Notes under the pieces: generated by a model
What the model was told of the DNA's origin: nothing
Database searches by the model: none
Seen by the model: the letters and a program-made list of their open reading frames with translations, nothing else
Program-made: the position numbers and the translations under genes
Assembly (NCBI RefSeq): GCF_046119375.1
Contig: NW_027362770.1
Location: 194,618,001 to 194,682,000 of the forward strand
Reading direction: 5' to 3'
Origin: Phyllobates terribilis
Lineage: Eukaryota
DNA length: 64,000 nucleotides
In this document: piece by piece, positions 11,445 through 23,465 of the stretch
Numbering within the stretch: position 1 is the stretch's first letter
Layout: every line of letters begins with the position of its first letter

Positions 11445-14400
11445 CCTCCACTAGGCTGCTCAGCCTCAGCTCCTCTCTGCTGTGCACGCAACGCAGTGAT
11501 CTAGAGGGGTGTGTCTATGGACAGGACAGCCGGCTCCGGGCCCCCTGAACACTCGGGCCCCATAGCAGTCACGTGGTCTGCCTCTATGGACGGTACGCCA
11601 CTGGCCACGGTCAGGAGCCGCTGCAGGTTTGACGCTGAGTGTTTATACAAAGTCAAACCCGCAGCGTCCAGATGTTACAGCATAGTGGATGCGATCTCTA
11701 GAAATCCCATGTCCACTATACGTGCATCAGTGGCTGCGAATCACCCGTGGACACTGACATGCGGTGTGTCTTTTAGGACCGCAGAATGTCAAATTCTCTT
11801 GCGGAGTTGCAAGCGTCCGCAACAGAAATTTGACCACTAGAATGTATAGAATGAGGTAAATCCGCATGGTTCAGTGAACACATGTGGATTTACCTGTATT
11901 CAATAGAATGAAACGTTTTTGAAGCAGCAAAAAATATGCCTCCAACGTCCAGAGAGTGGGCACAGAACCTAAATAAAAAAAAAAAATGGCGAGGGGTCCG
12001 CGTCATTTTCATAACCTCTGGGGGCTAATATTAGTAGCCGGGGAAGGGGCCATAAGCCAACAATGTTACCTGGCTATTAATATCAGCCTACAGCTGTTTG
12101 TTTAGCCTTTACTGGCTAGATTACAGGGGGACCCAAGAAAAAAATTGACGTGGGGTCTCCCTATAAAATCTAACCAGCAAAGGCTAAACAGACAGCTACG
12201 GGCTGATATTAATAGCCAAAGAAGGGGCCATGGATACTAGCCCCCTCCGCGGCTAATAATATCACCCCTCAACAGTCACAGAAATGGCGCATCTATAAGA
12301 TGTCACATAAGTGTTCAGCTGATAGGTCACTTGACTGATCAGCTGATCGCTACGTCACCATAGGTCCTGGCAGTACAGTACACTGCTGGGAGCGAGCGCG
12401 CTCCCACAGTGTACCACCGGCCGGAGAATGTCGCCGCCGGAGACCGGGAGGACACCAGGGAGCGCCGGACAGGTGAGTATAACTTTTTATTTACTCCTCC
12501 CAGCCACGCCGCTTTCGCTGTTCTCAGCGGGAGCGGCGGTCAGATGAGAGGAGTTGTAGTCCTCCTCTCCCGACCTGGGTACCACCTACACCCCATTTCC
12601 GGCGCAAATTCGCGCCCATTGGCTTTAATTGAAACGCAGCAAATCCGCAGGTATAGATATTATACCTGCGGGCTTGCTGCGGTTCAATGCAAGTCAATGG
12701 GCGAAAATTTGCGGCGGAAACGCCCGAACAATGGCCATGCTGCGTTTTATTCCGCAATGGTAATACTGAGCGGAAATTTCCGCATCATGGATTACTATTG
12801 CTACAGCTGGTAGACCTATTAACAAGCGTTATCGCAGCGTTTCCACGGTGAGAAAACCGCCGCAAAAATGCATCAATAACGCTTTGTGTGCACATATCCC
12901 ATTTCTCGCCTTCAGTCAGGTTAACACATTGGATGATGATGAGGTTGCACATCCAACTTGGTGTGAACCCAGAAGCACAAAACTGAGTAGATCATCAGAG
13001 GAGGTGAAGGAGGAAGAGGAGGAGGTTATCTTCCTCCCTACGGCGCAGACACAGAGTGATGCAAGAACGAGGAGCACTGCATCCTTAGTAGTGATGAGCG
13101 AGCATGCTTGCTACTGCTCGGTGCTTGCCGAGTTTTTCCGGGGCTACTCGGCGGGAGCTCGGGTCTCCTCCCTGCATGTTTGGCGCTGTTTAGAAAGCCA
13201 ATAAACATGCAGGGATTGCCTGCCACTCACTGTAATGCTGCAGCCATGTTGGTTGTGGGCATTACAGTGATTGGCTGGCCGCACAGCGTCATCAGGTCTA
13301 TATCAGACCGGGCGCCGCCATGCTCGTCACAGTCACTCCGGATCAGACAGTGTAGGGAGAGGAGCTGCTGAGCTAGGGAGAGATTTTCTTGTTTAGAGTT
13401 AGTATAGGTATTCCACAACATATATCTATAATGTCCATCTGAACTATCAGTCCTTCTGAGGACTAATCCAGCTGCATATAATCAGTGCTAGGCAGGCAGG
13501 CGGTGTATGTGGCAGACTTGCAGTGTATACAGCACAAGAGGCTCCATTCCAGTTCTATCTGCTGCTTCTGTTACAGATATTTCTACAAATAGCACCAGGT
13601 ATCAGGGGACAGGGATAATTATTTTTTTTATCTTAATCCTCATTATTTCGTTAAAAAGCAATCCAGAGAACACCGTTTTTCTCCTCCATTTGCTTGTTGG
13701 AACTGCAGAATACAGCCAGGTCCTTTCCACATTACAGCGATAAAAATCCAGAAATTGTAGTGAACGTGGAAAATATTGGCCTCCATTTAAATTTTGTGGC
13801 AGTGTGTCAGAGAAGTTATTGACACCAGGTCGCTGTGAAAAATAGTAACCTACAGGCCAGCTATTTAAAACTGTGGTTTTCTGTCACAAGTATCACATAT
13901 CACTGCGGTTCAAATCCAGCCATTTGTAGTGAACTTGTAAAATATTGTCCTCCATTTAAAATGGGCAAGGAGCATGGCAAGGGACAGGGAAGTAGAAGTG
14001 ATGGTGATGATGGTGATGGTGCATGCAGAGGACGAGGCCGAGGGCCGTGGGCAAGCTGAAATTGTGCCACAACAAACACCCACATCTTCTCGCTCGACCT
14101 TCCTGTCCCAATTAATAGGGGACCGCAGAACACCACTATTGAACACAGAGCAGTGTGAAAAGGTCATCGGTTGGATACCAAATAATGCTTCCAGTCACTT
14201 AGCCACCACCACCACCACCACCCTGTCTTCCACACGGTCAAGTCTCAGTAGCCGTGAGTCTGGACCGCATATTTCTCACCCTGATCCTCCTTATTCCCAC
14301 CATGCCGATTGCCCAGAGACAACTGATCCCGCACTTGGACACTTTGAAGAGCTGTTCCCTTTTCCATTTATAGATTCAGGTGGAAAGTGGAAGATGAGGT

Positions 14401-15929
14401 GATGGACGGTGAAGTCACTGACCCAACCTGGCAAGGTGACATTCAGAGCAAGGACAGCAGCACACAGGGGGGGGGGGGGGAGGCAGAGCACCACAACAGG
14501 CAAGAACAAGCAGTGTGGTGGCCACAGACAAAAGGCGGGCAACCATTCCCCGTAACATCAACACGACGAAAGTTGCCAGTACAACTGTTAGATCTTCCCG
14601 AGTCTGTTTGTTTTTTAAAGACTCTGCCGATAATCCCTAAAAGGTCATTTGCACCACCTGCCAGGCCAGCATCAGCAGGGGTAGCAAAACTACCAGCCTG
14701 ATCATGCACATGACAACAAAGCACCAAACTAAGTGGGCCGAACTCCAGGGTCCAGCAACAGTGTCTGTGGGTGACACCACTGCTTGTTCCACTGTTGTAT
14801 GTGCACGCCAATCCCCTGTCCATGGCGCATGCCAAGATGCCTCCCGCCCTGCACCTGTCGTTAAACACTTAACTAGCACCATCGGCAAGCATGTCCACGT
14901 CCTTGTCCCAGCCAGCGTTCAGTTGTCCCTACCCCAGTCCTTGGAATGCAAACTCAAATACTCAGCTAATGACCCACAGGCCACACTACTAAATTCACAC
15001 ATTTCGCAAATGCTTGCCCTCAAAATGTTGCCTTTTAGACTCCTGGAGACGGAAGCTTTCTGATGGCGGTGGCCGTCCCTCGGTACTCGGTCCCCAGCTG
15101 ACAATATTTCTCCAGGTGTGCCGTCCCCGCATTACACAAGCACGAGTCCCAAAACATTAGCAGTGCCCTCAACAATGCAGTTACTGGGAAAGTTCACCTA
15201 ACCACGGATACGTGGACAAGTGATTGTGGGCAGGGACGATACATCCCACTGACAGCACACTGGGTTAACATAGTGGAAGCCGGGACTCAGTCGGACCTTG
15301 GGACGGAACACGTCCTCCCGACTCCGAGGATTGCGGGCCATGGGTCAATCAGGGTTGTCCCCACATTCTACAGCTCCTGCACCTCCTCCTCCTCCTCTTC
15401 AGCATTCATCTCCGAAATGACCACATCAGTCGCAAGCTGGAAGCTCTGCAGCACTGCCTTGGCCAAGTGGCAGCAGGCTGTGGTGAAGCTAATATGCTTA
15501 GGTGACAAACTACACAATGCTGAAGAGTTGTGGACAGCTCTGAAAGAGCAGGCAGATCTGTGGCTCACACCGCTTAACCTACAGCCAGGCATGGTCGTGT
15601 GTGACAATGGCCGTAACCTGGTGGCGGCTCTGAGGTGAGGCGAGCTCACACACGTATCATGCCTGGCTTATGTGCTTAACCTCGTGGTTCAGCGGTTTCT
15701 CAAAACCTACCCGGATCTGTCGGATCTGCTTGTCAAAGTACGCCGCCTGTGTGCTCATTTTAGAAAGTCAGCTACAGCTTCCGCCGCCCTTGCCGTGTTT
15801 CAGAAGCATTTGCAGCTTCCGGCTCACAGACTGGTGTGTGATGTCCCCACGCGTTGGAACTCTACACTGCAGATGTTGGGAAGGATTAGTGAGCAGAAGA
15901 GGGCAGTTGTTGACTACCTGCATCAACAA

Positions 15930-16159
15930 TATTAAACCAAAAACCTGGCACTCAAATAGACTTGAAGATTTTTTAAGAAATAATAGTTTAATGATAACGT
16001 AGTACAGTGCTTACTGTACTACGTTATCATTAAACTATTATTTCTTAAAAAATCTTCAAGTCTATTTGAGTGCCAGGTTTTTGATATAATATTACGTCGG
16101 GCTTGCAACCCTACCTGAGCACCTCACTACTCCAGGAGTGCGGTAGTTTCTCTATTTTG
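15930..16159. other. 230-bp insertion containing a perfect 70-bp inverted repeat, 15-bp target duplication
   Basis: Arms 15939-16008 and 16013-16082, loop GCTT. TACCTGCATCAACAA duplicated at 15915-15929 and 16160-16174. Confidence 0.85.
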
Positions 16160-18965
16160 TACCTGCATCAACAAGGCCGTCGGTATTCAGTTCAGACTCC
16201 ACACATAAGACCTCAGGAGTGGACATGGATGTCAGACATCTGTACCATCCTCCAAAACTTTGAGGACTCCACCAAGATGATGAGCTGTGATGCGGCCGTA
16301 AGTAACGTCACAATCCTGCTTCTCTGTCTTCTGAAACGCTCTCTGCTCACAATTAAAGAGGATGCATTACAGGCGGAGCACGATGATATGGAGCAAGGAA
16401 CCATACAGGGTGGTTACACACAGCCAAGCCTCATCTCAGCCGAACGTGGATTGGGTGACAATGAGGAAGATGAGGAGGAGGAGGAAGGACAGGAGCTAGT
16501 TTCATGCGCTATAGACAGTACTACCTGCATAATTGCCATACTGTCTGTTCAGCGTGGATGGCCAGAGGACAGAGAGGAGGAGGAGGAGGAGGAAGAGAGC
16601 ATGGTCAGTCATCCTCTTGGTGAGGACACGGAAGTCTTGCCCGTTACCAGTCTGGCACGCATGGCTGAGTTTATGTTACGCTGCCTTTCCCGTGACCTTC
16701 GCGTTCTCCAAATTTTGGATGACAGTCATTACTGGTTGGTGACGCTTCTAGACCCACGCTACACGGAGAACTTTATGTCTCTTATTCCCTTGCAGGACAG
16801 GCCTAACAAAATAGGGCAGTACCAGAAGGCCCTTGTAGAATTAGTGAAAAAAATTCCCATCTGAAAACGCTGGCGGCAGAGGTCACAGTTCTTTGGACAA
16901 TCAAGGACTACAGGCGAGAGAGACACAACTTCAATCCAGCAGAGGCAGGGGAACATTGTCAAAGGTCTGGGAGAGTTTTCTCAGACCCTCCCATCACACA
17001 GGCCCTGAGGCGCGGGGTACTTTCACAAGGAGTGCAAAGTTTCGGAAGATGGTGAGAGAGTACCTTGGCGACCATATCCAACGTCCACCGTGATTCCTCT
17101 GTGCCTTATAATTATTGGGTATCCAAGCTGGACTCGTGGAATGAACTGGCTCTCTATGCCTTGGAGGTCCTGGCCTGCCCTGCCGCCAGCGTTTTATCAG
17201 AGCGGGTTTTTAGTGCCGCCAGTGGAATTATAACTGATAGGCGCATCCGCCTGTCAACTGAAAATGCTGACAGGCTGACTCTTAAAAAAATTAACAAGGG
17301 CTGGATTGGGCCAGACTTCTCAACACCACCAAATGATAGCAGCATAAAATAAACTCAAATACAGTGTCTTTTTTGGGGGAGGTCTAACTCTGTTCCCATG
17401 CACCTCTGTCTTCACACCAAGACATGGGTATACACTTCCTGATTTTGTCTATTTGCTCTTTTCCTCCTCCTTCTCCTCATCCTCCACCACCATATGTACC
17501 ATTTCAACATATCTACGTCGTCTCTTGCAAGGGGCATTGGAGCTCCTCCAAATTTTTGGCAGCCGTTGCTTCACTGCATAGGCAAACAGTATGGGAGATC
17601 CACTTTGCAATAATGGGTACATTAATTTTAGGAGGCTCTCTGACCTCTATGTCTCTTGCAAGGGGCATTAGAGTGCCTCCAAATTTTTGTCAGCGCTTGC
17701 AGTCACTGCATACGCAATAATAGTATAGTAAACCCACTCGTTAATAATTTGAACAACAAAGCATCGCCGGCTGATGGCTCTCTAACAATAGCGAGGGCCG
17801 ACTGCTGGCCCTTTAAGAATAGTAAGAGCCACCTGATGGCCCTATAAAAATAGGCTTTGCGACTTTCAGAGTCTCCCCATCATAAATGAAACAGGATGTG
17901 TCTGATGATGTGTCACACACCATATGGCCTGATAAGGTTGTAAAATGTTAAAATGACATTACCAGGCGAATGCATTTGTCTTAAAAAATAACATAAAAAA
18001 AACAAAACAATGGGATCTTTCTTTAGTTTAAAAACCAGAGTCCCCAATGTAACCTCAATGTAATCACATTGTTCTGCTCCTGCACCTCCTCCTCCATCTC
18101 CAAAATGACCACGCCAGTCACAAGCTGACAGCACTGCAGCACTGCCTTGGCCAAGTGGCAACAGGCTGTGCTGAAAATAACATGCTTAATGCTTAATTGA
18201 CAAACCGCCCTGTGCTGCAGAGTTGTTGAAAGCTGTAACACAGCAGCCTGATCTGTTGCTCTCACCGCTGAACATACAGCCAAGCATGGTCGTGTGTGAC
18301 AATGAGCGTAACCTGGTGACGGAGAAAAGACAGCCGGAATAGATACGGTTTCCCTCTATGCCAGTCCTTTCACCGAGCTAAAGAATATGGCTGTGGTGAA
18401 ATACAACTCTCAGCAAAAAAAGCTGTGGACTGGCTCTGTACCGTCCCTGGCCACATTCACCTGTCCACGTGTTTGTGGTTAGGCGGTCCTTCCCAGTAAG
18501 TGCACTGGGGAGGGCATGGGTAATGTTGTGGGACCCATGCTTGTGGAAGGCGGAGACGACATCGGGAGACATAGTGACGGCTGGGGACTGAGTATGGATA
18601 TCCGGTCGCCGCCACCATAAGATTGTGGACAGCTTCTGCCTCCACGAGCCTAAAAGGCAACATTTCAAATGCAAGCAGCTGTCAAAAATTTGGCAGTACA
18701 GTATTGCAGCCTGTAGGTGGGTGGCTGGCTGCATGCTTGCGCTTGCATTTCAAGGAATGGGGTAGGGACAACTGAACGCTGCAGTGGGACAAGGATGTGG
18801 ACGGTGATTGTTGCAAGTCTGCAACGACAGGTGCATGGCGGGAGGCATCTTCGCATGCGCCATGGATCACTTATGATGGGCAAATTTTTAGGCAGTAACC
18901 TGGGAGTCAGGGATGCTTCCAGAGGTCTTCCCCATGGTGTTCCCATGTCTTTTCAGCACTGTTTG

Positions 18966-21272
18966 TGTGGCGCCCCTGCGGGTTCAGTCGCCACAGAGGT
19001 ACTGCATCTCACCCAGAGGTGTGGTATCTCACTCTCAGGTAAGGATGGAGTACTGCCCGGGACCCTAACACCTGCATCCAACACTACACTATATTATTTA
19101 ATATATTTATTAATGATCTAGTGGAAGGGTTGCATAGTAAAATAGCAATATTTGCAGATGATAATAAACTTTGTAAAGTAGTTAATATAGATGAGGACAG
19201 GGCACAGCTACAGGAGGATTTAGATAAATTGGGGAGTTGGGCCAAAAAATGGCAAATGGGGTTCAATGCCGATAAATGTAAGGTCATGCACATGGGAAAG
19301 AAAAACAGCAGTCACCCATACATATTAAATGGGAAACCGTTGGGGAAATCTGACATGGAGAAGGACCTGGGCGTCTTGGTTAATAGCAAATTAAATTGGA
19401 GTGCCCAGTGTCAGGCAGCAGCTGCAAAGGCAAATACAGTCATGGCATGCATCAGAAGAGGAATAGGGGCATATGATGAGAGCATTGTTCTTCCTCTGTA
19501 TAAAGCGCTGGTAAGGCCGCACTTAGAATATTGTGCACAGTTCTGGCCTCCGGTGCTCAGGAAAGACATATTGGAGCTAGAGAGGGTACAAAGGAGGGCG
19601 ACTAAGGTAATAAAGGGAATGGAGGGACTAGAATACCCAGAGAGGTTGTCAAAATTAGGCCTATTTACATTGGAAAAGAGAAGGCTTACGGGAGACCTCA
19701 TAAACATGTATAAATACATCAGGGGGCAGTACAGAGATCTCTCCCATGACCTGTTTATACCAAGGATGGTGACAAAGACGAGGGGTCACACTATGCGTGT
19801 GGAGGAAAGGAGGTTCCTGCACCAGCATAGAAGGGGATTCTTTACGGTCAGAGCCGTGAGACTCTGGAACTCTCTGGGAGAGGAAGTGGTGATGTCCAAC
19901 TCACTTAATGAGTTCAAGAGAGGCCTGGACGCCTTTCTTGAGAACAATAAAATTGCATCTTATGCTTAGTTAATTAATCCAGGGATTTAATCTGACTGCC
20001 AGATTGGTGTCGGGAAGTGAATTTTTCCTCAATGATGTAAATTGGCCTATACCGCATGTTTTTTTTTTGCCTTCCCCTGGATCAACGCTGCAGAATAGCT
20101 GCAGTGCACAAGAAATAGGCTGAACTGCATGGACGCTTGTCTTTTTTCGGCCTTATAAACTATGTAACTATGTAACACTACTCCAGACCAGCAGGAGGGG
20201 CAAGATGCGTCGCTCTCCTGCTGATCCCTGTGACTGGCTGGAGTGGGGGGAACCAAAGTAGGCGGGACCATGTAGTGGGTGTGGTTGGAGGAAGCAGTTC
20301 AGGGGAGCTCAGCAAAAAGCGATATAAAAAGATGGTGGAACATTCTAGTAGGGGTGAAAGTCTGAGTCTGAGGAGATTGAGTCAGAGGAAGAGTTGGGAG
20401 CAGGAGCTCTGCAGAAGCTCTGCTCAGGGAAGCGCGGGCCTGAGTGAGGAAGCCCAGGAGAAGGAGAAGAGGAAGGAACAGGAGCAGAGGGAAGGCTCCA
20501 GGAGCGAAGAAAGGATCCCAGGGGTACGGGCAGTGCTGGAGGCCACCCGTACGCCCGAATCTACCAGGCGGTGGAGGGATCCGGTCGCAGAGGGGACTGG
20601 CCCCTAACTAGTGAGAATTGCAACGTTCAACTAGGTAACCGGAGGGTGCAGCATTTCAGGTGCTGCAGCCAAATGCCACATCTTACTCGCCGAAAAGGTG
20701 GCCATAGAGGACCCAGGGGACAGAGAAGACGTCGCTCGACAAGGTCCGCGGTCACTGGATTGGGACACTGGGTGTGAGGTGCAGGGAGACGGCCAGAAGG
20801 AACACACAGAAGGGGGTCCCGTTATGTACTCCGGAGGTACCTGCGGGTTTGCTGAACCCCTCCCTGAGTAAGCACTGGATGACGTGGGAGGTTACTCTGG
20901 CCCTGGTAACTTGGAGTCTAAAAATCGTGAGTAAAACCCTGAAGATTGCACCCCACTGTCTCTGCAAATTATTACTGCGCCATCCTCCCCTGCATTACAC
21001 TGCACAGCAATATCTATAACATCACCATTTCCTGCCCTGGAGCTAAGCTCTGCCTGTGGAGAGCTGAACCAACTCTGCTGCACTAACACCAGCTCCAGAG
21101 GACCTGCTCCGCAGCGGCTCCACATAGCCGCATACCACAGGTGGCATCACGAACTGTATATAAGAACTTTAATTCCCCTGTAAATATCCCCTTTTATTGA
21201 CCGCCACTGTGACATCTCCCCTAGGAACGACCGACCTGGCACCGAGTACCCCATGGCCCAGGGGGCGCGTCA
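18966..21272 (+). mobile_element. Probable solo Gypsy LTR (~1.2 kb) interrupted by a CR1
   Basis: Begins TGTGGCGCCCC and ends GGGGGCGCGTCA (TG...CA, inverted ends). TATATAA near 21155. TSD only 3/4 (TTTG vs TATG). Confidence 0.6.
19088..20173 (+). mobile_element. 5'-truncated CR1 LINE (RT C-terminal part)
   Basis: ORF 19121-19969 with FADD, YKALVRPHLEYC and RTRGH-like motifs. Tail (ACTATGTA)n. AACACTAC on both sides. Confidence 0.92.
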
Positions 21273-22529
21273 TATGCATGTGTCTGATGATGTGTCACAC
21301 ACCACATGGCCAGATGAGGTTTTAAATGTTAAAATGACATTTCCTGGTGAATGCATTTGTTTGGTTGAAAGCAATACAATAGTGCAAAACCATATCAAAA
21401 ATGCTACTTGTGAACATAGCCCAAGATGTGGAGGAGTATTTTTGTTTTTGGTTATTTATTTTGCCTTATATACAAGTCATTACCCTGGAAAGGATGTTCC
21501 TTAACATATTTCTCAGTAAAATCCATTTTGGTTTCATTTTTGTATGTTTTATTGTGAGTCCGTAAAAGTGGCGTAATACTCTGACAACGTTGTTGACAGC
21601 AGTGACCTGGGAGTCAGAGATGCTTTCAGGGGTCTTCCCCATGCTGTTCCCATGTAATTTCAGCACTGTTCCCATCGATTTGGGCAATTTTTAGGCCCTC
21701 TGCAGACCGCCTGAAAAATGCTTGAGTTTCCCATAGACTTACATTGGGCTCGTTGCTCGGGTCGTGCTCCCGAGTATTCCAATGTGCTCGACCCGAGCAT
21801 CGAGCTCCCGAGCATTTTAGTGCTCGCTCATCACTAATCCTTAGCCACAACTGTGGCTGTGGCCAGCAGCGGTCGTGGGTCTGCAGCTCGCAGGGGCGGC
21901 AAGGGTTGCCTAGCCTGGGCCTTTTTTGTCACTGCAAAGGATGAGCCAGCTCATGTTATTTTCAAACTTTGCGATAAACTCAGTAGAGGTAAAAAGTGCA
22001 ATAATTTGGCTACTACATGCTTGAACCTTCACATGCGCACACAACATGCGTTACTCTGGCAATCTCACCACGCTGAAATGCTGACCATCGGACCTCAACA
22101 ACCATCAGCCGCCCCATCAACCACATCCGCTGCTTCTTCCTCCTCCTCTGTCACCATGCCAAGTATTATCATGCAGGTCTCCCACCACAGAACCTCTGCT
22201 TCTCTACCCGCTCCAGTCAGGCTGAGTGACAGCCCGTCAGCTGTAATGGAAGCGGACACGCCTGCTGTGTTTGTGTCACCGAGCACACCGCATATTTCTC
22301 AATCCACCGTAACATCTGAGCCTGCACCTCAATCACGCTCCACCAGTTTGTCCGTTTTACCGTACTCCGCCCTCTCAGCACCGCAATCAGCTCTCGGTCC
22401 TGCAGTTGTGGTCACATAAAAGATTGTTTACTCCCACACATGACAAAGCTAAGAGGTGGAAATCCACCATCTCCAATCTGTTGGAAACGGAAATGGTGGT
22501 GTCGGGTCCTAATTTTTTGAACTGTGAAC

Positions 22530-22640
22530 ACTCCTGTATGGCTTTTTTTTTTTCGGAGGAGGTAACCGGAGAACCTGGAGGAAACCCCCGCAAACACAGG
22601 GAGAACTTACTAACTACTTGCAGATGTTGTCCTCTATCAT
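22530..22640 (-). mobile_element. Fragment resembling a tRNA-derived SINE core (V-SINE-like)
   Basis: CCGGAGAACCTGGAGGAAACCCCCGCAAACACAGGGAGAAC...CTTGCAGATGTTGTCC resembles the reverse complement of fish/frog SINE cores (recognised from memory). Confidence 0.4.
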
Positions 22641-23465
22641 CATAAAGGAGTTACTTTGTTGTACAGGAGACCGACCACCGCTGTTGTCTACCTTGTGAAC
22701 ATGTGTTGAAGCTTGCAAGGTGTCACGGGTTTACCGTGATAGAGAGGAGCCAGAAGACCACAGCATCTGATCTCTCCCACTTCTGAGGTCATTAGAAAGA
22801 AGCCTTTCGCCTTCATATTAATCGATGTAGGGGTTAATCTGCTCAGTTGTGAGCTCCTGGATGCTTAACGTGATTTAGGCTCTTGACAGATTTGTCCCGT
22901 GCATCTCTCCTACTGTGATAACAAATTCGTACAAATTTGGTGATCGTATTACGAATCGAATATTGAAACATTCGCACATCTCTATCTATATGTAGGGAGA
23001 AGTCTCCATTATTAAGGGGCATGTGCAGATTAAATTCAATAGTGACCAATCAGGAATAACGCATAAATCACCAGACTGAAGAAAAAAACAACAAGAGGTC
23101 AATAGTAATAGTGCAATATATTCTTTTTTTCACAGGTACAATGGTACCCAGGTCTGGATGAAAGTCTTCTCTCCTCCAGAACTGGGTACCATCCGCACAT
23201 TGAATCGCATATAATCCGCTTGTACAAATGTACAGACACGGATTCTATGCGTCTCAATGCAAGTCAATGGCGGCGCTTCCGCAAAATTAATGAACATGCT
23301 GCGGATTTATGAGCGCTGCAGAAACGCTGGGGAAAAATCCGCAGCATGTGCATTGACATTGCGGACTGCCATTGGGGACCATGGGGTGCGGATTGCCATG
23401 CGTTTTTTATGCGTTTCCGCTGCAGAAACGCATGAAAAACGCATCGTGTGCACGCAGCCTTACAC

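Larger units (their letters stand above)
5556..11603. mobile_element. Composite non-autonomous hAT-type insertion bounded by MITE ends
   Basis: Left TIR CAGGGGCGTA (5556-5565), right TIR TACGCCACTG (11594-11603; 9/10 match). Identical 8-bp TSD GCCACGGT at 5548-5555 and 11604-11611. Confidence 0.75.
13089..21836 (+). mobile_element. Full-span hAT element (family B) with decayed transposase (~13961-17352) and nested insertions
   Basis: Perfect 16-bp TIRs TAGTGATGAGCGAGCA / TGCTCGCTCATCACTA. 8-bp TSD ATCCTTAG at 13081-13088 and 21837-21844. Motifs CDVPTRWNST and LEVLACPAASVLSERVFSAASG. Confidence 0.9.
12915..22497 (+). mobile_element. Second fragment of hAT family A, split by the family B insertion
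   Basis: 12915-13088 and 21837-22497 rejoin into sequence homologous to ~1320-2130 (acidic tract, BED finger AWAFFVTAKDEPAH). Confidence 0.8.

Noticed and set aside
10202-11548. 448-aa ORF
   Set aside because: It is the 43-bp repeat cycling through three frames, starts at GTG and has no recognisable domain.
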